The notes below the pieces were generated by a model that made no database searches, was not told the origin of the DNA, and was given only the letters and a program-made list of their open reading frames with translations. A DNA stretch of 63,492 bases, counting the filler, from Vannella sp. (Eukaryota), in NCBI GenBank assembly GCA_023345925.1. It is 9 parts of 9 records of this genome, joined end to end, with 100 filler letters (N's around TTAATTAATTAA, not from the genome) between each part and the next. Parts side by side here need not be neighbours in the genome. Positions count along the whole stretch, not along the records: positions 9,645 to 14,599 come from JAJQQN010000067.1; positions 14,700 to 20,992 come from JAJQQN010000501.1; positions 21,093 to 28,078 come from JAJQQN010000036.1; 6 more parts are not named here. One strand, written 5' to 3'. Each line of letters opens with the position of its first letter. Positions within the stretch are counted from its first letter, which is position 1. Below are positions 11,728 to 23,977 of this stretch, piece after piece. Made by a program: the position numbers and the translations under genes.

Positions 11728-14599
11728 ATGGACGGGGCGAAGGAGGACTTTGACAAGGATACCATCTCCCAACGTCTGTTACAGAACTCTGTGGATCTGG
11801 AGGATCAGGTTCGTACTTGGATCGAAGCTCAGCTGAAGGTGAGCCTTCCAGGGCCACTAGGAGACCATCTACGCTCTGGCGTGCTTCTCTGCGAGTGCGT
11901 CAACACCTTGTTCCCTGGGACGATCCCTCGTGTCAACAACTCAGCCAAGTCTCTCGCCTTCCATCAGATGGAGAACATCAACAAGTTCCTGGCGGCGTGC
12001 GTGAGCTTGGGAGTTCCCCACACTCAGTTGTTCACCACCACGGACCTCTTTGAGAACAAGGACTGGCGCCAGGTCCTTAGTACCATTGCAGAGTTCTCTG
12101 CCCTGGCTGTACAGAAGGTTCCAGGGTACGCTGGTCCTGTAATCAACCGGGGGACAGGAAGCAGCCCCGCAGTGAAGCGGAAGGTCGTTATGAAGACGCA
12201 ACCCGCCCCTGCTTCCCCATTCACGTCACGTAGAGCTTCTCCTTTGAGCCAGACCTCTCCTCAGAAGACAGGGAGGCGCCTGGAGCGGGTAATGAGCGGA
12301 TCTGCGGCGTCCCTGTTTGACCGTACTCTCGCTCGTGCAGCTTTGGATTGGATTGAAGCTGTCATCAAGTGGGATGAGAACCAAGCACCAGAGGGTGATC
12401 TCATGGATGATGTAGAGATTCAAGAGAACGCACTAATCGAGCAGGATGCGTTCCACGCCAAGCTGCAAGATGGAATCCTTCTTTGTGAGGCTTTGAATCG
12501 CTTTGCTACGAAGTCTCCTATCACTGGCATTCATAGGGATGTCGGGAAGAAGGCTTTCAAGTACCGAGAGAACGTGGAAATGTATTTGGAAGGTTGTAAG
12601 AGCTTGGGAGTTCCTCCTGCCAACTGCTTCTCGACCAATGACTTAATGGAGGAGAAGAACCTTTCTTTGGTAGTGTCTAACATTCATTCACTCTCTGCTC
12701 ATGTACGGAAGGAGGTGCAGAAGGGAACGCTGCATTGGTGCGGGCCTCTCTTGGAATTGGTCACACGCCGCTCTCAGTCCACTCATATTCCGCTCCTTGC
12801 TCGAGTGGAATCAGAAAATACTATCTCAATCAAGCAAGGTGATGATACTCCCGTGGAAGTTCTCCGAGAACCACAACAGGCTCCAGAAGATCTCCCAACA
12901 GAAGACATTCCAAACTTACAACAAGACACAATTGACGATTCACCAGAACCAGTAATTACAATGGAAGCTGAACTGGAACCGATTGATGAAGTTCCAACAA
13001 ATTACGGAGAGGAATGCGCTAATCCTGAGCCGAAAGCATCAGCTAATACTCCCCTGGAAGCTGTGATTGATGAGGCCGATGTGGAGCAGGTTGCAGAATT
13101 CCAACTGGAATCAGTCCAAGATTCGTCAGAAGCGAATTTCACGTTGCTTGCAGAAGACAGGGAGATACAGGACGAAGGAATGTCTTTCAACAAACCGAAT
13201 TTGGATGATTCTGTTCCTGGGCACTTCATTGAAGGTCTGACAGAGGACCTGAAACCTGGCACATCAGAAGCTCAAGAAGAAACCACCGAAACTCTCAATT
13301 CCAATCTAACAGCGGATGCTGCTGACAGGGAGTTGGATAATAAGTCTGGCACAAAAAGTTTGCCAGAGCAGGAAGAGGTTCCTCTTGCGGTCAAGGAAGA
13401 AGCGACTGTACCAATTGTTGAAGCTTTTCCAGAGCCAATGTCACCCAAATCTGTCTCCACTAATTCCGTTCCACTCAACGCCCCACGCTCCGGTTCCCCT
13501 CTTAGACTCTCTCAAACAGCTCCACTCACGAAAGCACCAAGCTCATCTGCTTGGGGTTGGATATCTTCTGTGTTTAACGACATCACTGCGGACGATAACA
13601 AGGAGGATGTCACAGCAGCAAGTGCCACTGAAGAGTTAGAGATGCCAATTAGCATGGAATCTGTCAAATCCTTCTTTGGGAGCATTTCCAGCGCCATTTC
13701 AGACATCGTCACAACTGCTCCTGCTAGCCAAACAGAGACTCGAGATCTTACTCCCGTGAAAGGGAAATTACGAGGATTTATGGCAGGCTTTGACCGTCAT
13801 TTGGGCTCGGTCAGACTCCAAGCCCTGGAAATGTTGGCAGAAGAAATGCATGGCCGAGTGGAAGATTTATGCAAGGAAGAATCGGACACCAAAGCCCAGG
13901 AATCTGCAGAAACTCAGATTGGAGAGATTCTCGGGAACCCAATTGAGAAGGATTCTCTCAGCACTGCTCCAAAGGCCATCGCATCTCCCTATTTGGTAAG
14001 TATACTGGATGGCTGGATACTGTACTAACAATAGACCTCAAGAGTGAAGTGGCTAAGCAGCAATCAAAGCTACTCAATACCTTTGAGGAAAAACGTGCTG
14101 CCGCCGTATCTAGTCTCAAACAGACTTTCAGCGGACAAAAAACAACCCAAAAGAATGTTGTCCAACACACTAATGACAGTCTCCACTTGACCCACGACAC
14201 TTCTCAGGATATTCTCGCTGAGATAGCCTCTCTTGCAGTGGAGCTGACAATGCGTATCGGAGAGAGCTACCTTGTTGAACCATTCCTATCGGAAGAAGAT
14301 ACTGGCTCAGTGAACACTGGCGGTCTCAGCAAACACGCTCACCAAGCTCTCTATGCGCGATACATTCTCCAGCTTGTTGCTTTGGTACGTGACCAAGAGA
14401 ATCTTTACTCCGGCTCACTCCAAACTTAGGAAGCTCATCTCCTCAGTGAGGACTTTGCCAACTTTGCCTATCGAGTGGGGACAGCAGGGAAGGTCCGAGT
14501 CATCCGAAGTTGCAAAGACAAAGATGTGGAACAATTTGGTCTGGCCATTGATGCAATGGTAAGTACCGGAACATTGACTCTTTACTCCTTTCCTAAATC
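11728..14599 (+). CDS. Two calponin-homology domains, acidic linker and FAM114-like C-terminal region (3' truncated)
   Basis: CH1 LRSGVLLCECVN..MENINKFL..LFTTTDLFE; CH2 LQDGILLCEALN..ENVEMYL..FSTNDL; later AWGWISSVF and FDRHLGSVRLQALEMLAEE resemble FAM114/DUF719; GT-AG introns near 13996, 14384 and 14559. Confidence 0.75.
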
Positions 14600-14699
14600 N
14601 NNNNNNNNNNNNNNNNNNNNNNNNNNNNNNNNNNNNNNNNNNNTTAATTAATTAANNNNNNNNNNNNNNNNNNNNNNNNNNNNNNNNNNNNNNNNNNNN
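14600..14699. other. Artificial contig linker
   Basis: N44-TTAATTAATTAA-N44. Confidence 0.98.
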
Positions 14700-15031
14700 A
14701 TCTTACACTCTACCAAAGGGTAAGGTTGAGGAAACTTCCTTCGTGAAAGGCTTACCCCGTTCTGCAAGTCCACCCCAGGGAACTGGAGCACGTATTCCAC
14801 AATGGTAACCCACCCATTCAAGCTGGCGTACCCCAAAAAGCCCTACTTTCCATTACCATCCAAGCCCACCTCTAAACAGCCGCCTACCGACTTCCCCCGT
14901 CATCAGCAGGCCCATCCAACAGGCCATACACTCACTCCTGTATTCACCATCTCAGGGTGCACCTCTAAGAAGCGTTGAACAACCTCCAGGCTTCCCGAAC
15001 AGATGGCATTCAGGTGCTCCAACGCAATCAT
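14700..15031 (-). CDS. Ankyrin-repeat protein, 5' part only
   Basis: MIALEHLNAICSGSLEVVQRFLEVHPEMVN, an intron starting GTGAGT, then GFLGYASLNGWVTIVEYVLQFPGVDLQNG and a GTAAGC donor; CATTTC just before the ATG. Confidence 0.65.
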
Positions 15032-15354
15032 GAAGAAATGAACGCTCCCCCGACTCTCTGGCGCCAACCATTCAGTAAAGCTAACTAGCAGGTAGTAGTA
15101 CTGCCGCGCTGGACCTCTCCATCTGACAAAGAGAGGTCCTTTGTCCGGAAAAGGGACATTCTGTGAGATTTTTCACCAAGGAGGGTGCAAGGGCGTTTAC
15201 ATTGACAGCCTTTATGTCACTTATGATCAGTCTGGACTGGGAGGAGAAACAAAAGGAGATCGACCGAACAGTGTAGATCAATGGATGCCGGTTTTCGTCT
15301 GCAATCGCCTGGATTAACTCAAGTCCTGGGGGAACACAGAGTCTCTGAGGGTGA

Positions 15355-16404
15355 TTAGAAGCGCGCATTCTTCTGATTGCTGGGAATGGGATAAGGAAGA
15401 GCTGCACCGAGAGGACAGAGAGTTGGAACGAGTTGATTCGTCAAGTGATGAAGTCCCAGCTGTCCAAAGGTATTACTCCCAAACACAAAGAGGCTGCCGT
15501 CCGATTGATAGGCCATACAGAAGTGGGAACCAGCCACAATAGCGATCGTCTCCTTCAAAGAAGCCAGTAACTTTGGTGCACCCTGATTGGCAGTCTCACT
15601 GTGACCCAATTGACCACTTCTACCATATCCCCACGTCCATGTCCCACCGTTTGTATCAAGAGCGATGCAATGGTGATATCCACAAGAAGCCCTTTGCATG
15701 GGAGGGATTCCACTGATCTGGGAGAGTGTAGAGCATCTTCCAGAGCGCCCCAATTGGCCTTCTGAGTTGTCACCAGCAGTCCAGACGGATCCTTCAGAGT
15801 CAATGAGGAGAACACCTTCAAGGAGAGCAACTAGGCAACGCAATGGCCCTTTGGCAAGGTTCTCGACGTGCAAAGGAGTCGGTTCTGGAGCTCTTCGTGT
15901 GTTGCCAAGGCTAAGTTGGCCTTTCTCGTTGTCTCCCAAGACCCAGAGGCCTTCTTCAGCTTCTGCGATGAGGAAGTCTCTTCCGCAAGCCACTTTGGTC
16001 AGTATGGGCAGTCCCTGGAGAGGTTGTGGGTCAGAAGTAGCCCAAGAGAGATGACTCAGCTCCGTCCACACCCAAAGGACACCGGAAGTGTCAAGAGCGG
16101 TGCTGTGCTCGTACCCAGCAGCAACGGAGACGATAAGAGGGAGGTTTGGTACGCGCTGGAAGGTAACAGACGGAGAGCTTAGACGAGAACGACCTGCTTC
16201 CCACACAGCGCCATCTGCGTCGAGCACAAGCGAGTGATACCATCCCCAGTCCACCTGCATCGGACAAGCACCCTCCCAAGGGACCACAACAGGCTCCGTT
16301 TGATTCACTGTATGCCCCAGACCCAGTTGCCCCATCTCATTGTTCCCAAAAGCGAGCAGCCCGCCATCTAGAGTGAGAAGGAGAGTGTGGGCTCCCGTCG
16401 GCAT
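15355..16404 (-). CDS. RCC1-repeat beta-propeller protein, copy 3 (intronless, 349 aa)
   Basis: MPTGAHTLLL..FGNNEMGQLGLG; colinear with copies 1 and 2; ends QKNARF. Confidence 0.94.
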   Translation of the reverse strand: MPTGAHTLLLTLDGGLLAFGNNEMGQLGLGHTVNQTEPVVVPWEGACPMQVDWGWYHSLVLDADGAVWEAGRSRLSSPSVTFQRVPNLPLIVSVAAGYEHSTALDTSGVLWVWTELSHLSWATSDPQPLQGLPILTKVACGRDFLIAEAEEGLWVLGDNEKGQLSLGNTRRAPEPTPLHVENLAKGPLRCLVALLEGVLLIDSEGSVWTAGDNSEGQLGRSGRCSTLSQISGIPPMQRASCGYHHCIALDTNGGTWTWGYGRSGQLGHSETANQGAPKLLASLKETIAIVAGSHFCMAYQSDGSLFVFGSNTFGQLGLHHLTNQLVPTLCPLGAALPYPIPSNQKNARF

Positions 16405-16652
16405 GAAAGGGAATGCCCCTTATTCGGCCTTCTCTCAAGCATTCCACAGACTACATCTAACACACACACGCAGATGAGCTTCCGAGTGAGTGCTGTGGTA
16501 ACTTGGCGCCAACGAAAGGGATTGACAAGTCTGGGGGTCGACCAATGAGCTTCCGCGTTGGTTTCAAATGAGAAAGAGAGCGAGAAAGAGGCAATCTTGC
16601 TGCATTATCTTCGTTCTATTGGAGGAATGACTTGGGAGGAGGGAGGGCCTGT

Positions 16653-19600
16653 TTAAGAGACTGTTCGGTGTGCGTTTGTGGTGGAAGAAGGACAATCTAA
16701 CTTGTGTTGAGCCAATAAGGCTCGGTGAGCCATCGCGTAATCCCCGCCCCTGGAAGGGGCGCCTTTCAAAGGGACCTCTTCATATTGAGCCAACGGGGCA
16801 ATCTCCTCGCTCTCCGTGTTGCCGAGGTCAAAGTCCCACAAGAAGGGCAGCTGGCCCAAATTCAGAAGCACTTTCTCGCCTTTGCTGCTCAGACACACAG
16901 TTGGGTGCAATTCAGTCGGTCCACCATCCTTTGAAGGGTCGACAAAAGCGGGTTGGGCAAGAACGCGTCCATTCTTCGTGAAGAAGACCTTGTGTGTGAC
17001 ATTATTCAACCCGCAACCCACAACATCTCCTTTGGAGAAAGTGGGTCCGAAGGGAGAGTGTTGAACTTGACCCTGGCTGTCCGTCCAATACTTATTTCCA
17101 TCATCACCATGATAGCCCCAGCTCTGGGAGGTCCAACCAACGTGCTCATCCAGTGGAGCTTCCTCTGATCCAACACCCACGCCAATAGCTCCGGTTGGGC
17201 CCATTGAGATGATTTTGACCTCGAAATACCGGAAGGAACCACTGCAGACCCTTGGAACAATAACCTGGACAACGTGAATTGGATGTTAAGGAGGAAACAG
17301 TGGGAAGAAAGGAAAGAAAGGGAAGAGAAGGGAGGGGGAGGATATCTCTAGAACCGGGTAGATACTCGGAGGTGAAGCGATATGTTCGATAAAGAGGGCT
17401 GGGGATATCTTCAGTGCTGAGACTTCTGCTTCCTTGGAGCGGATAGTGTACTCAGGCACTGTTGGTGGATTCTCAAGCTCTCCAACATGGGACAAAACCT
17501 CCATTTGAGTTAGAAGCACAACAGAACTATAACGTGTGGCAAATGAGGCATCTGTAGCAGCCTCGTATTCAATCAATGCATGAGACTGGAAGGCTTGAAG
17601 AGAAGAGTTTCTCTTCACTTGAGACTGATAAGACATCAAAGGGGTCTCTGATGATGTAGATGAGCTTCCTCTCCGATTCCCAATAAGGCCATCTCCGTTT
17701 GAAGGTCGGCGAGAAGAGAAGTTGGCAGGTGTAGGCTTAACAGCGAAGGGTTCTTCAGGAGAAGTCTCACTGGCCCTGAACAATGCTCTAGCCAACTTCT
17801 GTTGCATCATTTGAGGATTCTCATACGTTGTGCGGAAAACCACATTGTTTTCGGTGCATTCCATCCTCAGAGAAGTGGAGTCAGTAACCAACCGGAGCTG
17901 GATATCTGCATTTGGAGTATTTGCAGTCCAGGAGGCTACCAGAGACTGGAGCATCTTTAAGGAGTCCACGCCAATGTTTCCGTTGCTAGTCTTTTTCAAT
18001 TGAAGGAGAGTTTGTGAGGCAGTTACGCGGATGTCTTCCCGAGGAAAGAAGCTCAATTCAACGAGTCGCTGTTGGGCAGGCTTCAACACCAATTGTTTGT
18101 TACCATCAGTGGATAGGCACTGCAATAGCAGCCGAGTAGTGTGCCTTAGGACAATCGGACTGGTACTATTCAGTAGTCTGCAGCAGCGAGAGGTGCATTC
18201 GCTCCCTAAAATGTCTGTTTGACGATCTGGACCGACAAATGGAGCTGTTAATGCCAGCAGACCTACACAGAGAGCAAGCAGTGGCACTTCTTTTGTCTTG
18301 AGGAAAGTGGTAAATATCTTGCTCAGTGCAGGGCTCTTGGCCAAAGCCTGGCGGTTTACTTCTAATCGGCATAGCTCTGTTAAGAGTTGGAGGGTAGCAT
18401 AATGGATTGGCCCATTCTCATGGACATTCAAGTAGTGGATCAAAGCCTCCATGAGAGGGACCTCTTGTGTGCAAGCAAGTAACTTTGGGGAGTTCTCTGC
18501 AGTGACTGTCGTTAGAAGTTGCAAAGCAAATTGGATAGCTGAAGGAGTTCCGTTCCGGATGGTGCAGAGAAGGCTATTGAGAATGTCCACATTAGGGAGG
18601 ATAAGCGAAGATGTCTCATAACGGAAATTGAGGAGAGCACTCAAAGCACGCTCCACTACAGTCTCAGAGTCACTATTCAGGAGACTCGCAAGTTTCTTGA
18701 TAGCTTCTGGATTCTTTCCATTCTCAAACCCGAGGTTAGAGATCGCAATGCAAGCAAGGGACTGGATTGTGTGAGAATGGCTAGGCGAAAGAAGAGCTAA
18801 AATCTGGTCGATGAGCTCTTGTTTGGCTTGCTTTCGCGCAGCCGTTCCGCAAAGGAGGAGCCCAATCACTTGAATAGCAAGCTCAATGATGTCAGGAGAG
18901 CCCACCAGGTACTCTCTGACAACTTCTGAACAGGAGAGGTCGTTTAAATAAACCTTCCCCACGGCTGAGAGAATCAGACAAAGAAAGGGTCCATTTGGTG
19001 GTCTTACCTAATGAACAGCAGTTGCGCAGAATAGTGAGATTGAAAGATGAGACCTCCTCTTGAGCGTTCCCCAGCTGATCCAGGAGAACCTGTAAAACAG
19101 ATTTTTGGCAGAGAATGATGCGGACGGAACCTGTGTTCTCTGAGTTCCTCTCGTTTGCGAAACAGAAAAGCGCCTTACTGTTTTGTGACAGATTGGTGAG
19201 ACAGGATAGAGCTGTCAATCCGTGGACATTTCCGCGCGTTTGGATATCTAAGAGGGCTGGAACTAGCTCTTTCAGCAGCTCACTTTCTTTGGACAGAAGC
19301 TGCAAACTGAGTTCTTCAAATTATGGTCAGCCATGGGTCTAGTCCCTAGAAATTGGGCTCACCAAAGGTAGATAGAGACTCTAGCACATAGACTGCCCTT
19401 CCCACGATAGCGTCTTCTGGGCTGCTCAATAAAGGCGTGAAAACATTCAGGTCCTTTCCAACTGATGCTAGCTCAGAGCTGTCAACATCGTTGCACCAGC
19501 AATCCGAGATAATCGTCAGAGAAAGGAGGGTAATGTTAACGTTCTTGCTCTCCGTACATTCCAAAAGCCGTGCAAGACAGCTGGAGGTTGTAATTGAGGA

Positions 19601-20901
19601 TTTGTGTGGCTCTGTTCTGGTAAGCTGCGAGAGAAGCGAGAGAGTAGCTTCTTGAATGGCCTCTTGAGGAGAGGAAATGAGCGAGACAAGACCAGGGCAA
19701 ATGTCACTCAGACAAGCCACTCTATCATCTCCCTCTCCATCCGCAGGCTTCCGAATCATACAAATAGTGAAGATCTTCAACACCTCTTCCTGTGCTTTGG
19801 GAGGGAATGTCAAAAGCGAGTCTGCCAACAAAGGAATAGCCCCCGTTATGTGGTCCAAACTCTGAACTGCTCAATAACTCAGAATGTCTTCACTTTGACA
19901 AGGCAAGGCCCTCACCATGCTCAGTACAATTGAGAATACACTCGGCAGCAAGGATGAGAAGGGATTCTTTCATCACCACCTCCTGGCAAAGAGTGCCCAA
20001 AAGAATGTCCAATCCCTTGAAGTCATAAATCTGCTGCTGGACGTCCTCTGCATCACTATGAGCGGTGTGGATGAAACCAATCAATAACGTACTATTCGTT
20101 GAGCAGTTCCGCAATGTCTCAAGCCCAAAGCCCTTCCAACGATCGTTGTCAGACTGGACCAGACCGAAAAGGTGCTCCTTATTCATCGCCAGGACGACCT
20201 TGTTGTCATCTGCCTTGGATGAGAGAAAGATCTTATAGTTGGTCACCACATACCTTGCGTAGAGAGCTTGCAGAGGGAGTAGTTGATAGAATCTACGAGG
20301 TCAGGTTCTTCTACGGTCTTCTGGTACTGCAGCAAGCAATGAACACCGTTCTCCCGGACTATTCTGATCTGAGAATCATCTAAAAAGGGCATTGGAGATG
20401 AGAAACGATCAACCAGCGCTTGGAGGGGATGTCACCTCGCGAGCGGCCAGCCAAATTGCAGAGTGCGTAGGCTGCATGGCGCCTGAGCTTCTCAGACTCG
20501 TTATTGACAATGTCAATGAGCCCTCCGATACCTCTGAACTTGAGAATCTCCGCCATCCAGTTGAGACGGTCCCTTTCAGCGTCCACCCCGATGAGAGTGG
20601 TCTTGTTGATGGTAAAGCAGAACACCTCGGCTCCAGAAGGTAGTGTTCTTGTACCACACTCTTCAAGGACACACTGTGCCAGCTTCTTTAGGGTACCACC
20701 CTTCTTCCCCTCCACATGATCCTGCGAAGGGTCATTCTCTCACTCGAGGAAGACGGTGGGCCTCACCTCTTGCTTGCGGTACCAGATGAGCTGCTCTTTG
20801 TCCGTGAGGATGAAGAAGCGTAGTTTGAAAAGTTTCTTGAAGCCAGAAGTGGCCATCATCCACAACTCGCCCAGCTTCAGCGGTTTCTCGTCTGGCTCCA
20901 T
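16653..20901 (-). CDS. Large PH + armadillo-repeat + SPRY (RanBP9/SSH4-type) protein; eight GT-AG introns and one AT-AC intron
   Basis: N-terminal PH (LGELWMM..KLRFFILT..LIWY..DRLNWMAEI); ARM repeats (AAYALCNLA, ALSCLTNLS, ACIAISNL); SPRY (YFEVKI, SWGYHGDDG, FGPTFSKGDVVGCG, FFTKNG, NLGQLPF). Confidence 0.85.
17274..17345 (-). other. U12-type (minor spliceosome) AT-AC intron, 72 nt, phase 0
   Basis: Minus strand GAG|ATATCCTCCCCC...CCTCCTTAACATCCAATTCAC|GTT; perfect TCCTTAAC branch point 11 nt from the AC; removal deletes an in-frame TAA and joins YPVLE to VVQVIVPRVCSGSFRYFEVKI. Confidence 0.9.
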
Positions 20902-20992
20902 TGGGAGGCAGGAAATACTGGACTGGAAAGTTCTGCATAACTTTCAAATGCGACACACCAGACTCAAGAAAAAAGAGAAAGTCAAAACTTTC

Positions 20993-21092
20993 NNNNNNNN
21001 NNNNNNNNNNNNNNNNNNNNNNNNNNNNNNNNNNNNTTAATTAATTAANNNNNNNNNNNNNNNNNNNNNNNNNNNNNNNNNNNNNNNNNNNN
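20993..21092. other. Artificial contig linker
   Basis: N44-TTAATTAATTAA-N44. Confidence 0.98.
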
Positions 21093-21247
21093 AGCCTGAT
21101 GACCCTCTCAGTGTCAACACTCGCGTTGTACACAAGAGCACTTTACTGTGAGGATGCAGGCCAGTCTTACGGACCCAAAAAGGAGTCTTTTACGAGAGCG
21201 AAAAGCACAAGCCTTGGCTCTCTGGTCAACAATACCTGATCATATGA

Positions 21248-22928
21248 TCATATATGATCAGGTATTGTTGAGGAAAAGAGGATGATGTTGATGATGGAGG
21301 AGACTCCTGCGAGCAGACCAATGAGGAGAATGCCACTGGCAAAGAAGTTCAGGAAGATAGAGCTCTTGGGGCAGAGCGGGTTCTGCTGGACTTTGAAGAA
21401 GAGGAGTGCGGGCAGGATAAATTGTAAAAGGACAGAGCCAGTGGTCCCCACAATTCCAAAGAGAATCTTGAGATCACCGATAGTTACCGCTGCCAAGAGA
21501 CTGCCCCCAACAATCAGTGCTGTCGAGAGGACATGGCGATAAAGAGAAGAGCAAGTTTGCTCCAAAGTAGGAGATAGATACAAAATGTATCCTTCTAGAA
21601 CCAGACGAAGAGGGAAGCAAAATAAAGGGTAAGAGAGAAGAAGAGTGGTAATAATAGCCATGCTGGCGGTCTCCACAAAGCCATTGTATGGATTGGCTTC
21701 CAGAAGATGGGCCAAAATGTTGGCCCCATAAGGCTCCTCTCCTGGTAAACTCATGCAAACGTAGCTCACCGTGCCAATGAGAAAGTAAATGGCGCTAAGG
21801 AAGAGGGCTGAGAGTGCTGTGGTGCCTGTCCATTGCTTGAGAAGCTTCCAGTTACTTAATGTTCGGGCTTGGCGTGCTGAGACAGAATCAAAGTCTTCCT
21901 CTGAGGTTGGGAGAACATGAGAGAGCTCTGTAAAGAGCGCAACACTCTGCAGGTGACCGCCCAACGAGAAGCATATGATCGGGAGGCCGACGAGCACGTT
22001 TAAGAGACCGTTTGCCAGATGAACGTCATGCTCGTGTCTCCAACATGGCAGTCTCTCAACACCCTCAAAGGGGTTAATTGAGGTTTCAAAGGCGACCAGG
22101 AACACAAAGTACACCACCGCTACGATTCCTCCAAGTGACAGCTGCTGGAGATGGCTTCTATTGCGCACTAGTGAAAGTGGGAACACAAAGAAGCAGGAGA
22201 CACCCACGACAACAGCCCATCCCATCTCCCTATCATCGAGCCATTCAGCCATGCTGACGTGCAGCCAACGGAGGATCATCGGGGAGAGATCCCGAACGAC
22301 GATCTGATAGCCCACAAGGACTGCGAAGCAGTAGGCGAAGATAATCACACGGAAGGCCCGGGCGTAGCGCCTCCCGAGAAGAAGGCGGACAAGGTCGAAG
22401 TAAGAGGCTGGAACATCAGGGCTGCCAGGATCAGGGATGGTAGGAGGCACAGCCCCATGTTGGAGGAGAAGCGTGGCCGTTCGAGCAAGGAGGTACATGC
22501 CAAACCAGGAGGAGAAGGCTACAAGTGAGTAAACAATGATGGTGAGGGCCAGACCCATTTTCGCGAATGCAAAAGGGATCGCTAAGATGCCTGATCCTAC
22601 TGCCACATTGCAAAGGCTGCACCAAGCACCCACCATTGTTGTGTGGGTTGTCTCCTCCCACTCCGCCTCTTCTTCCTCCTCTTCCTCCTCTTCTTCCTCT
22701 TCTTCCGCCTCAACCCAAGCAGGCATGATGCCGAATAATAATTCCTCGGTTTGGAACCACTCGCTTTGAATAATTATTCCCAAGCGCCTGGTGTGATCCC
22801 AATCTCCCTTCCCTCATTGTCAGCACCTTGCTGGCTGAGCGTGGCGTGCTGACATCTTCTCCTTCCGGTAACCAAGCCGATAGAGGGTGGTCGTTCGAGT
22901 TCCCGTCAAGAAGAGGACGAGTCTCCAT
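21248..22928 (-). CDS. Amino-acid transporter (Aa_trans/SLC38-AVT family) with N-terminal dileucine sorting signal and poly-Glu tract
   Basis: SLCNVAVGSGILAIPFAFAKMG, FPLSL, LPIICFSLGGH, LSYPLFCFPLR and FILPALLF; exon 1 METRPLL joined by a 46-nt intron GTCAGC..CTGAC..GAAG. Confidence 0.88.
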
Positions 22929-22965
22929 TTCGTGGAAGAACGTAAAATGAGGTGAAACGCCGAAT

Positions 22966-23890
22966 TTATTGGCGGGGCTGTCCGGGAAGAACCTCAGCAG
23001 CTCGTGCCTTCTCCTTCTTCAGGCGACGGGCGTTGGACTTGAGGCCCATGCGACCACCACCCCATTGGCGTCGGAGCTCGTCGTAACGATCAAGGAAGTT
23101 GGTCTTGATAGTATCAACAATCTTGGCGAAATCGGCCTGGGAGTCCTTCTTGACGGTAGTGAAAGCCAAGGCAGTTGCGGTCTTCTTGCCGACAACCTGT
23201 CCGAGGCGAGCCTTTCCCTTGACAATGGCATAAGGAACCTGCATCTTTCTGCAGAGAGCAGGGAGCCAGATGACGATCTCCACGGGGTCCACATCGTGGG
23301 CGATCAGAACCAGAGTAGCTTGCTTCTGCTCGATAAGGGCAGTGATGTGCTTGATTCCGTACTTGACGACCTGGGGCTTGGGGGTCGCGGCGAGGCGAAC
23401 CTTGCGGTCAGAGACAGACTCTCCCTCAACCTTATCAGCAGCAATAGCCAAAAGACGAGCGTTCTTCTCGGCCTTTGTCTCAGGGGCGTGCTTGTCGAGC
23501 AACTTGAACAGCTGAGTAGCTTGATCAAACGTCAGACAAGTTCTTTAGGTCCTTCCTTTCCACTTACCGGTGTTCTTGTCCAATGTGCGGTTGAATTGGT
23601 TGATGGATGGGGGAACCTTCAGGCGCTGGTACAGGACGCGCTTTTGTCGCTGAAGGCGGACATACTTGGGCCATCGGACAAAGCGAGTCAAGTCTCGCTT
23701 AGGAGGCAGAGACTGACCAACTCCGAACTTACGGGGAGTGGACTGGAAAAGGTTGGTCTCGGGGGTGGCCTTCTTGGCAACAACCTTCTTCTTTCCTCCT
23801 TTGCGGGTAGCAGGCTAGACATCGAACAAACTTCTATTAGTCATCAAACCCTATTGAAAGGCGTTCTAAAGTTCGAGTCCGGCGTACCAT
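22966..23890 (-). CDS. RPL7A: 60S ribosomal protein L7a (eL8), 3 exons
   Basis: ATG-only exon 1; [76 protein letters not shown]. Confidence 0.97.
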
Positions 23891-23977
23891 GAGGGAAGAC
23901 ACAAAAAAAAGGAACTTCTTCGCGATCAGCGAAAATTTGGACGAAAGTTTTCGGAAGCCGCTTGACAGAACGTCCGT

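Noticed and set aside
17401..17412. Second ATATCC upstream of the U12 intron as an alternative donor
   Set aside because: It reads ATATCCCC, a weaker match, and using it would delete sequence that fits the start of the SPRY domain
22969..23892. 307-aa plus-strand ORF opposite RPL7A
   Set aside because: Antisense shadow of a codon-biased, highly expressed gene; no recognisable motifs
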